Assembly (NCBI GenBank): GCA_051294375.1
Contig: CM119265.1
Location: 3,747,494 to 3,811,493, forward strand
Direction: 5' to 3'
DNA: 64,000 nt
DNA from: Paraspadella gotoi
Taxonomy: Eukaryota > Animalia > Chaetognatha
Positions 16,822 to 29,561 of the stretch are shown piece after piece. The number at the start of each line of letters is the position of its first letter. Positions within the stretch are counted from its first letter, which is position 1. The notes beneath the pieces were generated by a model. That model searched no databases, was not told the DNA's origin, and worked only from the letters and a program-made list of their open reading frames with translations. The position numbers and the translations under genes are program-made.

Positions 16822-18682
16822 GACGAGAGAGNNNNNNNNNNNNNNNNNNNNNNNNNATGAAGCCGAGGAGTCTATCACATTAATTTTCGCCCCAAATATT
16901 TTCTCGTCTTCTTTTCGCGCGAGAAACCCGGACGCGCCCCAAAAACCATGAGGATCCCTGGGGGCTGTTAGCCTCGCCCCCTCACCCCCTTTTTAGGGGG
17001 GATAGGGGTGGGTTGTCGGGTGTTAAGTGGTTTTGGGTGAGGGGGAAAGTAAGTTGAAGCTCGGGTGCAAATTGGAAATAAGGGTTTATTATCATTAGGA
17101 ATGAAAGTTGTGAAATTGGTCGGTAGGATAAAAGATAATATACGTATAATTATATGTATTATGTATATCGTACTTGAGTGTAGTTTTTAAAAAAGGATAT
17201 TTTGAGAAAAGAGGGAGAGAGATAGTTTAAATTTAAGGGGAGAGGAAAAGGAAGAGGAAATTAAAACGGGTTAAAAGTTCTGACAAAGAAAANNNNNNNN
17301 NNNNNNNNNNNNNNNNNNNNNNNNNNNNNNNNNNNNNNNNNNNNNNNNNNNNNNNNNNNNNNNNNNNNNNNNNNNNNNNNNNNNNNNNNNNNNNNNNNNN
17401 NNNNNNNNNNNNNNNNNNNNNNNNNNNNNNNNNNNNNNNNNNNNNNNNNNNNNNNNNNNNNNNNNNNNNNNNNNNNNNNNNNNNNNNNNNNNNNNNNNNN
17501 NNNNNNNNNNNNNNNNNNNNNNNNNNNNNNNNNATAGATATTAGTATAATACTCTCTCTTAGCTTTTAGACGAAAATTAAATTAAATTAAATTAAATTAA
17601 ATTAAATTGTTTTGAAATTCTTTGATATTATGCTTTTTTAGATGAAAAAAAGCAACTGCTCAGTTTTCTTCGCGCGGTTTAGAAGAAAATTATTTGAATA
17701 CTTATTGTTAAATCTCATTCAAATACATAACAGTCAAAAATATTTTTGGAAGTACTTATTTGTAGTATAATAATGCTTCTGGCAGAATGTATATGGTATT
17801 TTGGTTAAAAAAACTTTGAAGTAAGCAGGTAATATTTGGGTAAGTGACTGTTATGGTTTAATTTTTATTAAACTTACTTTTATCAATAAATTTATTAACG
17901 ATATTGTCAGATAATTGAATTAATCATGTAATATTTCTGAATGCATAATTAAAACGTCAAAAAGGTAAAAAATACATAAAGTATTTAACAATTTAAGCCT
18001 CTTCGTCATAATCTTCCTAAAATTTTATTTTATTTACCTGAAAAAAAAATTAAATAGGTTTAATTTGGATAGTNNNNNNNNNNNNNNNNNNNNNNNNNNN
18101 NNNNNNNNNNNNNNNNNNNNNNNNNNNNNNNNNNNNNNNNNNNNNNNNNNNNNNNNNNNNNNNNNNNNNNNNNNNNNNNNNNNNNNNNNNNNNNNNNNNN
18201 NNNNNNNNNNNNNNNNNNNNNNNNNNTGAAAAGTATGGCTTTTATCGTGTGCAATACAATGCCCGCTCAAAAAAACGACTAAATGTTTTGAAAACATCCA
18301 CAACGCCTTGTAGTTGCCTAAAATTTATTTTTTTTGATTGTATATAAAAAACTTTTGGCACCCATTTTATTATTGTATCTCAAATCGTTCAGACAGGACA
18401 GAACGTTAAGTTTTGTCNNNNNNNNNNNNNNNNNNNNNNNNNAATGTTTTGAAAACATTCCACAACGCCGAAAATTTATTTTTTTGATTGTATATAAAAA
18501 AAAATTTGGCAACTCCATTTTATTATTGTATCTCAAATCGTTCAGACAGGGCAGGACGTTAAGTTTTGTCTCGATATTAAGGTCTCAACCCTGTATATCG
18601 GGGTTCGTTTTTCGCAAAATTAGGAAACGGGAGGCAAAGATCATTCATAACCAGATTTTATGATAATTTTGGGACTTTGGTT

Positions 18683-18720
<38 letters not shown>

Positions 18721-19139
18721 GGAGAGGAGAGAGAGAGAGAGAGAGGAGAGTCTGCTTCATCAGCCATTCCACCACGGTTTGGAACATCGTGAGGCAGAGA
18801 TGAGAAGGGGAAAGAGACGGTCGGGGTTCGTCTATTAGTGGGTGGTATTTGCGTCTTAAGTAAAAGAATTTTCAAAATTTTCAGAGAAAATCTGAGAAAA
18901 AATGCAACAGAGGTTGCGGCAAAGTCGACGTGCAGCAACAAATTAAATAAGAGAAAGATTCTGATTCCAAGCGACGTCAACAAGAGTTACTGAGGTACTT
19001 CTCAATAATATAAATATTTATTCATTATCATTTCAAATTGCGTCATAGTTTATATAATTATTATCATAAGCATCTTATTCCAGACGATGGAATATCCATT
19101 TGTTAATTTCCCCTCTTCTCTCTCTTGCCCTTTACTCAA

Positions 19140-19500
19140 CCAATTCCTCTCACACTCTCCCCTCCTTCGTTCATACCTCCCCAATCTTTCCTCACACTCT
19201 CTCCTCCTCTCACACATACCCCATCCATCTCTCACCCTTTCCCACACTTCCGATCCTTCTCCTACACTTCTGCCGCCTCTCACACCTCTCCTTCCTCCTC
19301 CCACACTCCCCCTCCTTTTCCCACACATCCCCTTTAACTCTTACAACTTTCCTTCTCTTCGACCTCCCCTCATTTTTTCTCACACCTTCCCTTTTCCTAT
19401 CACACCTTCCATTCTTCTCACACTTGCCCATCCTTCTCCCACACTTCCACCTCCTCCTCTCACACTTCCCCCTTCTCCTCTCACACTTCCCCTCCGCCCT
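19140..19500. repeat. ~21-bp pyrimidine-rich minisatellite (CACACTTCCCCTCCTCCTCT-like) in the 3' UTR of the nine-exon gene; mirrored at 14185-14550
   Basis: Recurrent CACACTT/CACACTC units. Confidence 0.75.
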
Positions 19501-22500
19501 CCAGTTCTTCTTCTCCCAGCGGGAATTGATGAGAATGATGAAAGGGGCATTTGATGAAGTTCTGGCGCAGGGTCGCATGCAGGCCTTTCGATCCTCGATG
19601 ATCTGAGAGTCAGATAGGGTGGATTGAAATATTTATTAGAGTGGTTATGGAGATGGTTATCTAGCTAAGGTAGTTCTATTACAGATTACTCTACATCTTG
19701 GGAAAAGATCGTAATAAGGCAAGTATTTTAATGGACAGCTTAGAAAGTGATTAGGTACTCCTAGGCCAGACAATCAAATAGGATGCGAAGAGAGTAAGGT
19801 TTCTATGAAACTCCGAATAACGAGAGAGACTAAGCAACCGAGAGAGAGTCGAAGTTGAGAGAGTGAGTCCGATCTCCAAAGACTCTATCCTGATTCCGGG
19901 GATGAAAGAGGAGGGGACGACGAGGGAGGAGTAGGCGTTGAGAGGGGGAAGAGAAGGCCCGGGGGAGAGGAGTTCTGGCGTAAGGTGGAGCCCTATCTTG
20001 TGCCCCTCTCTTGTCCGGAGACGCCCACTTGGGTCTTTGAATGTCACAGTGGGCGTCGCCCTTGGTGTGGGTGTGGGAGTTGGTGGAGAGGTAGGGGCAG
20101 AGGCGGACGCCGGCCGGGTCAGGTGATTGGTGGTGGACGCGATGTTTGGGGCGGAGGGGATTGGTCGTCCTAGGTCCTCTAGAGTTGACGCTTTCATTTG
20201 GTTGGTGATGGACGTTGGCGCTGGTCAGAGAGGGCGAAACCGGAAGGCGCCTTGAGTCTCGTGATGGAACGGGCGGTAATCGCTGGTTCGGTAATCGGTT
20301 AATCAAAACGGTGGGAAGGCGGAAGGAATTGATTTTTTTGCCCTTGAGTCTTCAGGGGGTTGGCCTTTTTGGAGGGAGATGGAGGGTTAACAATAGTTTG
20401 GAGGGAGGGGAGAAGCACGCTACTTATAATCATCAAATTTTTTGGTCTTTTTTTTGGTTTTTTTTCTAAGAAACTCAAAAATAAAAGTCAACCCAATTTC
20501 TCTAAAGTATTTAACAAAAGAGGAGAACCACTGAGAGAAAATAAAAAATGCTGCTTGCTATCAATGAACAGATTATAAAACTAACAAGTAAAACCACTAT
20601 GAGATGCTGAAACACAATCTAAATATGAAACTAGAAAACGTTTCAGATAATTCAAATTTGTTTTTTTAAATTTCTAAATTCGAACTTAACGGAAAAGATG
20701 GCAAAAAAAGTGTATGTACCTCGCAATAAATCTTTACTTTGAAACTAAGAAATAAAATGCACTACGAAATGATAAACTCAGGATAAATTATTAAACTAGA
20801 AGACGCGTTTCAAAGAAAGTTTAAAAAACATTTTCAAAGTTGAAAGAAAAAATAGGAATTTAAAATCTGATAACTAATATATTTATTTTCTGTAATTTAG
20901 ACGGTAAAATAAGGAGAAAGGCAATCTATGAAAAGATACCCCATTTCAAAAAGCTGCCAGCTTTAACAGTCAGCAAAGAAAAAAAATTTGTAAAAAACCA
21001 AGCGCGCAGGGTTGCGGAAGTAAAGGGGGGAAGCAGTGAAAGGAAGAGCGCAAGAGATGCAATGAGAAGACGTTGGTCCCTTGGAGGTCGCTGCAGAATA
21101 ACCGCTATGAAAGATGTTGACGTTGATCGGGACGAACGTAAAAAGGCGGAGATTTTGCCGGAGAGTCGCGAGAGAGTTGAAGTCGGGTAGAGGTAATTTT
21201 TGTTTGTTTTTATTTTCATTGATTCGGGAGTCCGTATGAAGGGGAGAGAGAGCAGGAGAGCGTGGGGATGGAGGGGGGGAGGAGAGTAATGAGAGGAAAG
21301 ACCATCGCCAGTCGCCGGCGCCGAATCGTCGCCATCGTCATCATTCTTCGCCATCGCCGTTTCTATCGCCTGTCGCCGTCGCCATCGACCTAAGGGAGGA
21401 CTCAGAAAACCCATCTGGATAGTGAAATTGAGAATGGTTTTTTAAATATGTTATCGTGATAATTCTAAGCCGTTGACCTTTGTTTAACTTATTTAATACT
21501 GGGAATGAGTTTGACTAAATCATTGTATGGGGTTTATTTTAAAATAATTTGTGGTTGCTTTTGTTTTTAAATGAACATTCGCCATAGGAACAGGCAAAAA
21601 AAACGGAGTAAACTAAGTTTTGTTTTCATACACGTTAACTTAAATATTTTTTTATACTCAACAATACTTAATATAAGTGTGACTGTAGATTCCATGGATG
21701 ATGTTTGAACCAATTGACTCGTCTTTCGTTCCTGAATGAGTTTCCAGCAGGAGAAATAGCTGAAGCTAAGAGATTTAATCAGTGAAGGTTCAGGGATCTT
21801 TAGGGAATTAATTTCAATGAAAAATAAAAATATCAAATAACCGAAATTAATGATCAGAATTGATAAAAGGAAAGGAGGCAACGGAAACTAAGTTAATCCT
21901 GGAGTCGGAAGTAAATCAATAAGCGCAAAAGAGAAAAGATTTGCAAGACGCAACGTATAAATTGACATTGTTTGTGCAAAAAAAAAAAAAAAAAAAAAAA
22001 CTGGTTTCAGACAGAAGTAGAGCACTAGTTTTCAAGATAGTTGGTGGTGGGTTTAGAGAAGGGGGCAAGTCATTAATCATTAAACACCAGCCATACAGAA
22101 CTTAGAAGACGCTTTGAAAGGGTATGATTTGGAGTTTTGATTTTGTAAGATTTTTGGGTTTTTGTTTTGATTTTTTGAGTTTTCAGTCGTATTTTAAGAT
22201 CAGAAGGGTGAGGGGAGGCAATCCTCTGCGTTTAGTTACTTGGAGTGAATCATTGTGATTCATGCTCACCTATTTCTCTTTTTCCACCATCGGGTCTTGA
22301 CTTGTTATTATTTCAGCAGGAAGCCGTTTCTATGAATTTTGTAAATCCCACTTATAGGGTAGCGATGTCGCTTTTCATCAATCTTTATCCGGTAAGGCTT
22401 TCATTTCTTCCCTGATTTTCATAAACAAATTGCAAGTTTGTTTAACTTTTTGAACTTTGCGTTTCTGACATGGAAGGGTCCAGATAACCCTCCCTCACTC

Positions 22501-25500
22501 TTCTTGGTAAAGAAATGACATGGTTTTAGAATAATTTTAATAAATCTTCTGAGGCTCTGCCTGTTCTTTGCATTCCCTTGTTCATTATTTATGTATTTTG
22601 TTTAAAATATTTTATTTCTGGTTTTAAATGGCGCTGCAGTCACGATCAATAAAAGAGCTGGAGTTGAAAGCAATCTTGGCTGGCTTTTGAAGATGCTGTT
22701 TCCGGTTTAGAAATTGTTGGTATTTGATGTTTCCCTAGGTATTGATGTTGCTGTTGTTGTTAAGTTGCTGTTGTTGGTGCATGTATCCTTGCTGGAAAAG
22801 TTGACATCGTCATGGGAAACTAATGGGTGTAATGCCAAAGTTACGTTTTGTCGGTTTTAGCACAGGATGAATCATGAAGTGAGGAATGGTTGAAACCCAT
22901 TGCAGACGAAAACAACGACCATTAGGACCGACAATGCTTGGAGACCATGACGTGGCACAGACCATCTAAAACAAAGTCGATGGTTTGTAAGCAAATAATT
23001 TTCTTGTCATTAAAATGAAGATTCTTGAATTTGAAATCAGCGTGGGTTATTGAGTGGTCATTCCCGCAAAATGAGACAGGTCACAGATTGTAGATTGCGA
23101 GAGAGAGAAGAATTTGGTGTTTTTTACTTGGTTGGTGTTTCTTATGCGCGCATATTCTCCGAAACGGATTTTTGATTAGATGAAGAAATGTGTGCAGAAA
23201 AATGTTTTTTATTAGACTAGGCTGTTGTAGAGAGAGGGAGACAGGGAAGTTTCATTTTTATCATTTGTAGTCAAGTCGAGTCAGGCGGCGAGCAAAGTGA
23301 ACTTGGTTTGCTTGCCTTTCTGCTTAATTTTTCCTTTTTCTTTAAGTTCTCTCTTGACTTCATTAAGCTCCTGTTCTTTCTTGCCAGAAGTCATTACTGT
23401 TTTGTCAAATTTTATCTGAATTTGTGAAATCGTTCTCATTTTGATTTTCCAGTTTCTGACAGTTTTTCTTTAGTTTCTTTAGCTCTAGAGTTTATGTTGC
23501 TTAAAATTTCTGTTTGCTGTTTCAAATTTCGTCCCCTCTTTTTTCATGCTTTCCTTTAAGTTTCTAAAAATACATTCACTCCAGTTATCCATTCTGTTCT
23601 CATAATAGCATATTATCTTGTCTAATAAGTTATTATTCTAATTGCTGAAACCTCTTTGTTTATTACTTTGGAAACGACGTCTAGCCAAGCGAAGCTTCTT
23701 CCGAGAGTAGAGGTGGCAATGGACCGCAGGATTAAAGTTATCAAATCGGGAGTATTCATCATCCTATATTGAATGGTATTCCATTTTGGAAGAGACTTTC
23801 TTTATTTCCGAGAAAGGATAAAGAAACCAGAGAAAACGGGGAGAGGGAGTGAGAGGGGAGAGAAGAAGCTGAAAGAGAGGGAAGTTGAGAGAGAGAGGGT
23901 GGAGAGAGAGAGCAAGAGAGAGATAGAGGGAGAAGGGAGAGAGAAAGAGAGAGATGTGAGAGGATGAGCGGAGGCAAATCTTAGCCCCGGCGAGATTTTT
24001 CGAGGGAGAGGGATCGCAGTCGATTTTGGTTTTTTTTGTTTCCTCGCGATGCCAGTCACGTGACGACAGAAGTGTGCCAGCCCAGAAGGCCAAAAGAGAG
24101 ATTTTGACCGTGGAGAGAGAGAGGAAAAGAGTGAGAGGAGAGAAAGCGGAGGAAGGAGAGAGAGAAAGGAAGGTCTCTGGCCGGCGGTAGAAATAAGTCC
24201 GATAAAAAATTTGACTTAAAATTAAAATTAGTCAGAGAGCAAAATTCGAGAATAAAATCAAAATAAAATCCAAAAATAAATTTCAAGTTTAAATTGAGAT
24301 AATTTTAATTAAATTTAAAAATAAATTCAAAAAAGATTCGCAAATAGAGGGGAGAATGAGAGGGAGGGAGGGAGGGAGAGAGAGAAAGAGGGAGAAAGAG
24401 AAGAGAGAGAGAGAGACTGAGAAGAGAGAGAGAAAGAAGAGGAGCGAGTAGGAAGGAGAGAGACGGCGGTCATTATTTTTTTTCTGATGCAATGCCTAGA
24501 CACGTGACGACGTTGAAGCTTCAAAGCAAGGGGCAAGAGAGACAAATATTTTGACCGCGGGTGAGAGAGAGAGAGATAAACGTTCAGGAAAGGAGAGGGA
24601 GTGAAGAGAGGCGGGAAGAGACTCGTTGCAGCTGGCTCTTTCAAGTGAGGAATGGATGAGGAAGGAGAAGCGCCAAAGTAAAGGGAAGAAAGAAGACGGA
24701 GGACAGGAAGAAGAGCAAATGAAGAAAAAGGCGCAAAAAAAAAAAAAAAAAATTACGCTGAGATCGAGGATCGACTCACGGGTCCCAATAGCGCGCCGAA
24801 AGGAGGGTGTGCGTTACCAAAGGAATGTCAGTAAGGAAAGTGAGGAAAAGAAGATTGAATTGATTGTACAGATGTTGTATTAGATCGTAAGTTGATGAAA
24901 AGGATCGAGAAAGAGTCAAAGTAGTGAAATAGTGAAAAATCGAGTTGTGAGTTAATAATTGTGAAAGCAATAAAAATCGAAGGAGTTGAATTATTGTATA
25001 AAAAATTGAGTATAGTGCAGATGAAAAATGGTGAATTAATAAAAATACGAAAGGTGAGTTAAAATGGACAAAGTATGAAATGGAAATAGTGAGTGAAAAT
25101 AGTTGAAATTAAAAGGATTAGTGAGTTTAAGTAATGGCAACAGTAAAGAATTTACAGGATAAAATTAAAGTTGAAATAATGTGCGTGGGGTAGGACAGTG
25201 AGGCAATGTAAGTTAAATTAACAGGAAGCATAATAGAATAAAATCGAATTGAATTGAAGTATAGGGAGTAGTTAAAATAGTAAGAAAATTACTAATGGAA
25301 AAAATTCATTTATGGCCCGGTTATCTTGCCTAAAAGGGGGAAGATTACGATTTTATTATGTTTTATTATGTCCCGGGAGAAAATTTAAAGCTTAAAAAAA
25401 ATAAAAAAAAAAAAGGGTTTGGATTTAAAGTTTGGAAATTCCCCTTTTTACTGTTTTGGGTAAAGGTTTGAAAGGGATGAGTGCAGGTTCTTTGTTTTTC

Positions 25501-27997
25501 GTCTTTCTTTTTGGCGTTGAATTGAAGAAAATTTATTTTTCAAACGTTTTTGCGTGATGAGGAGAAAAAAAACTTTTTGTCCAAAATTATAGGTAGAGTT
25601 AAAAGTTGTTTGTTTATTTTTTTATTTTTTTTTATTTTTTTTATTTTAGCGCGATGAAAGATTAGAAGAAGAATTAGCGCATGAAAAAAATTTAGGTTTA
25701 GAAAGGATGGAAGAAAAAAAAATGTGGGGTGGGTTGGCCGAGGGTTTTGCCGGTAGCCAGTTAGTCGTAGAGCAGGGAAGCTTAATCCTGGGAGTTAACC
25801 TTGGGGGAGAGGGCCTTGCATTGGGCGTCACTGGAAGATGGGTATCTAGCTAAAGTAGGTACTATCTAGTCTCTCATCGGGAAAAAGGTATTAGGCAAGT
25901 ATGTAATGGTAATAGGGAAAACAGAATATAACAAAGGGTATCAAGGGTACATAAAAGCGGGGCAGAAGGGAGAGGGAAAGTTGCAGACCCCGCAGACCGA
26001 GAGGAGAAACCGAGAAGAGAGTCGAAGTATGAGAGAGTGAGTCCGATCTCCAGGACTCTATTCCGTTGACTCCGGAGAAGAGGAGGGGACGACGACGCGG
26101 TTAGGAGGAGGCGTTGAGAGGGGGAAGCAGAAGGCCCGGGGGAGAGAGAGGTTCTGGCAGTAAGGTGAAGCCTCTATCTGGTTAGAAATCAGTATTAATA
26201 TTTTTATCACCCACTGAATTACATCACATTTTAAAATCTAATTTAAAGGAATGTTTTTGTAAGTGGCCACTTATTAAGAGATGTTAGTACGAGGCAGATC
26301 AAATCAATTATTTAAGGCGAATCGAATAAGTTATTATGAGAATCAATAACAAACTAAGCAATTAGTCCGGTGTTTGAGATTTGACATCACAGATTAATTT
26401 ATTCAATTTTTAAAGCTAGTAATAACAGGAAGGAATATTAATAATAAATTAAATTTTATATGATGATATAAACATTTTACCTGTCCGAGAAAACTTGGCC
26501 GGAATATCGCCGAACGTGCCCGGCCACTTGCCCTGCACGATGTTTTCCGCCCCACCGGGCCCGAGACGGACGCGCGGGCAAGTGACGCTTGGAAGGTTTG
26601 ATCGGGCATAGGGATTGCAGGGAGGTGGGAAAGCTTTGGATCGGTGGGGGAGTTGAAAATAACCGAGTTAATTGATGGCGCATTCAACGTATTTCTATCA
26701 TTCTTACATCGCCACATCACCCTTACATAATTCTTGCTTTATCCCATCAACGTTACTTCAAATTTTACGGGTTTTCTTATAATCCAGTGTATAACTTAGT
26801 ATAAACATAGTATAAACACTTTGGACCCTGAATCTTTGTGCAAACCGAAGCCATTTGTTTAGATTTTCGTAGTTGTGGAATTTATAATTTTCTTCTATCA
26901 TCTTTGTTGTGGAACTGTAACAACAGTGTAACTGCAGCGTCCTCTAATGTACTACATTCGAAATTTTATTTTACGTACAAAAATTTTCCATTCATTCATT
27001 CATTCATTCATTCATTCATTCATTCATTCATTCATTTCCCCTAACTCACCCGGGGGCATCGTAGGCCTGGATGACCTGTCCTTTTCAGCCACGTGCACTT
27101 TGATGTTCTGACAGTCGTAGCAACAAGCGTTACCGGCGAGCGGTTGGAACAACTCGAAGGAGGTCGGCTGCTTCTCAGAGAGCATGTAGGGTCGACGAGG
27201 CCATCCGCGGTTTAGGTTGTGGCAGGGGTTGACGAAGGAGGCCTGGGGTTGTGGTGGGAGATGTGGGTCTGGAAGCGCCGATGGTTGTGGAGTAAATGAC
27301 TCGAAAATGAGGTGACCTTTGAGTAAATGGAAGGGCCGACACTCGGGAGGATATGGTCGGGATTGTAATCCATGTCGGGGACTGGAGGATTCGGATGCCA
27401 GTCTCTATAGGGGGGGCGGGGGGAGGAATCAATAGAGATGGATGAAGCGGATTGACTACTGCATTGATGTTGCACACAATAGATCCTCAAATGAATTAAA
27501 TAAAACGAATCAAACCTTTTTTTGTAAAAGTGGTTGAGATAAAAAAGTCGTACAATCGATTTTTAGGTATTGGAAAAGCAAAGGGAATAGAATTTGCTAA
27601 TTGTACAATATAAAGAGAAAGAGAGAAAACATTACTAAAAAAGAATATCAAGAATATCAAAACCGTCGTTTGCACAGAAGAAGAAAAATAATTTCATCGA
27701 GGTTATTAAAATTTCTGAAGAATTCTATGAGCGATTATATACACCGGCGATCAACACCCCCTAGCACCCCGGCGCTCAACACCCCCTAGCACCCCGGCGC
27801 TCAACACCCCCTTGCACCACCGAGGACTCTGACCTATCGATCCCCGAGTTGGGATTCGGCGGACAAATCCTTCCCTTCGCGTGGACGATGGGTTGGCATC
27901 GTCTCGTCTCGGGGTCACAACCGAATCGCTCCACGTAGGTGGTCAAGTAGTTTTGGCGAATGTCGTCCGCTGAATGGAGGGAGAAGGGGGGAATCAT

Positions 27998-28066
<69 letters not shown>

Positions 28067-28931
28067 CACCTTCTTTCCCTCCCTCCCTCCCTCCCTCCAC
28101 TCACGTCGGTTCTCTCTCTTCACTCTCTCCATCTCTTCCCTGTTATGCTCCGCCAGTCCCCAGTCGCAGTTGATTCTCCTACAGCCTTCGGTGCAACAGA
28201 AAGGACATCTACCGTCGGTTCTGTTTTCGCATTCGATGTTGAATCCTTTTTCCGAGTCGCGACATTTGCGGACCATGTAGCGCACCTTTTAGAGAAGGAT
28301 TGGGTGAGTCAGTTAATTGGGTAAGTCTATATAGGTCCTTTCCTTGTGATCAAAGTTGTCAGTTTTGCAAATAGTTCGTATATTTTATTAGTCCATTGTT
28401 CGTTTCTCTCGTTCGTTCTCTTTTTTTGGTTCGTTCTTTCGTTCGTCCGTCCGTCCGGCCATGCGTTGCTTCATTCGTTTCCTCCTTCTTCATTATTTAA
28501 TTCTATTGTCATTCACTCCGTCCGTCCACTCATTCATTCATTCATTCATTCGTTCGTTCGTTCGTTCGTTCGTTCGTTCGTTCGTTCGTTCGTTCGTTCG
28601 TTCGTTCGTTCGTTCGTTCGTTCACCTGAGCCTCCGTAGGTTTCCATATTCTCGGATGATTCCCGATTTGCGCCAAATATTTTTCGTCTTTCTGATATTC
28701 GCCGATCATGATCACAGATTGAACTGTGGGTCTTTATTTATTAACTTTACTATATATTAGCCTATCGACAATTAACTTATGTCTCCGATAGTTTGGGTCT
28801 CAACAAAAAAAAATAATGCTGCTAAATAATTTGACATACATACAATAAACGAAAAAAACCTTCGCTGTCTTAAAAATATTATCGGCTATTATGACTTTTT
28901 ACAGTTGATAACTAACGAATTCGTCGTGAAG

Positions 28932-28983
<52 letters not shown>

Positions 28984-29175
28984 CTCATCATTAACTGACA
29001 TCTACCAGCCGGAGCCAATTGTTGCTTCGCTCCAGAAACGTCGGTAATTGACCCACAAAACTGACCAAGCGCCGCGACCTGACCTGACCTGATCCGACCA
29101 CTTTGACTCACCTTAACTTACCTTTAGGGATCTTAAATTGTTCGCTGGTGAGGTTTCTTGACGGCGGTTGACCAT
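19481..29175 (-). CDS. Nine-exon gene for an uncharacterised Cys/Pro-rich protein (~367 aa). Exons 29175-29122, 29078-29000, 28723-28626, 28285-28105, 27969-27834, 27404-27317, 27242-27050, 26633-26481, 19602-19481.
   Basis: All eight junctions are GT-AG with matching phases, giving 1104 nt with no internal stop: MVNRRQETSPANNLRSLK-VAALGQFC..-QSVIMIGEYQKDEKYLAQIGNHPRIWKPTEAQ-VRYMVRKCRDSEKGFNIECENRTDGRCPFCCTEGCRRINCDW..-DDIRQNYLTTYVERFGCDP..-DWHPNPPVPDMDYNPDHILP..-ASFVNPCHNL..ACCYDCQ..-FPPPCNPY..GKWPGTFGDIP..-DHRGSKGLHATLRQNFIKCPFHHSH..EV*. The 43-nt first intron and the AAAG acceptor at 26634 are the weakest joins. Confidence 0.65.
19648..19997. repeat. Left terminal direct repeat of the 6.5-kb element
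   Basis: Shares TGG(A)AGATGG.TATCTAGCTAA.GTAG, GAGAGAGTGAGTCCGATCTCCA, GAGGAGGGGACGACGA and GAAGGCCCGGGGGAGAG..GTTCTGGC.TAAGGTG.AGCC with 25832-26178. Confidence 0.8.
22860..23720 (-). pseudogene. Frameshifted gag/ORF1-like coding region: coiled coil followed by a CCHC zinc-knuckle cluster
   Basis: Minus-strand fragments, joined across frameshifts, read approximately QTEILSNINSRAKETKEKLSE..ELNEVKRELKEK, then C..FCGNDHSITH, RLCFR....H.VSKHCRS..RCF.CNGF.HSSLHD. This resembles the triple knuckle of BEL/Pao gag. Confidence 0.55.
25832..26178. repeat. Right terminal direct repeat of the 6.5-kb element
   Basis: Same blocks as 19648-19997; the central ~90 bp differ. Confidence 0.8.
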
Positions 29176-29488
29176 TTTCGAGGGTAAAGTTAGAGACAAT
29201 AGAAGAAACCTACAAACAGACAAATAAGACTCGTCTCTATCTATTATCATTTTCAATAAAAATGTCATTATCATTTCTTTAGTTAAGGAATTATCGAATG
29301 AAGGAAAGACAAAGAGTAGAAAAAACGACAAAGGGGAAGAGAGAGATAGAGAGAGAAAGAGAATCTCTCACTCTCTCTCTCTGTTATGTCTCTTCAAAGA
29401 ACTATTTAATGCCTAATGGTCCGGTCAGCGCCGGCATAAAGACGGTTCAAAAGGAATGGAGCAAAGGTCAAGATCTCGACAAGATGAT

Positions 29489-29561
<73 letters not shown>

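Larger units (their letters stand above)
19648..26178 (-). mobile_element. ~6.5-kb retroelement-like insertion with ~350-bp direct terminal repeats and a degenerate gag-like (BEL/Pao-type zinc knuckle) region; no pol recognised
   Basis: Repeats at 19648-19997 and 25832-26178. TSD (T)GGTTA at 19642-19647 and 26179-26184. The empty site (TAACCA, one copy) is at 14037-14042 in the mirrored copy. A PBS-like TGACGCCCAA lies next to the minus-strand CA end of the right repeat. Confidence 0.75.

Noticed and set aside
10415-19647. Giant biological palindrome or foldback element
   Set aside because: It is centred on a 25-N gap and one arm has raw-read-like indels, so a haplotype mis-join is more parsimonious.
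27212-27404. Alternative model ending the Cys-rich gene at the TAA at 27212
   Set aside because: A 74-nt GT-AG intron (27316-27243) restores phase with three further coding-like exons. The short form remains possible as intron retention.
27758-27815. 24-bp direct repeats (CAACACCCCCTAGCACCCCGGCGC-like x2.5) and the 30-bp array at 9.3 kb as CRISPR-like arrays
   Set aside because: Units are contiguous with no unique spacers, in a eukaryotic context, with no cas genes.
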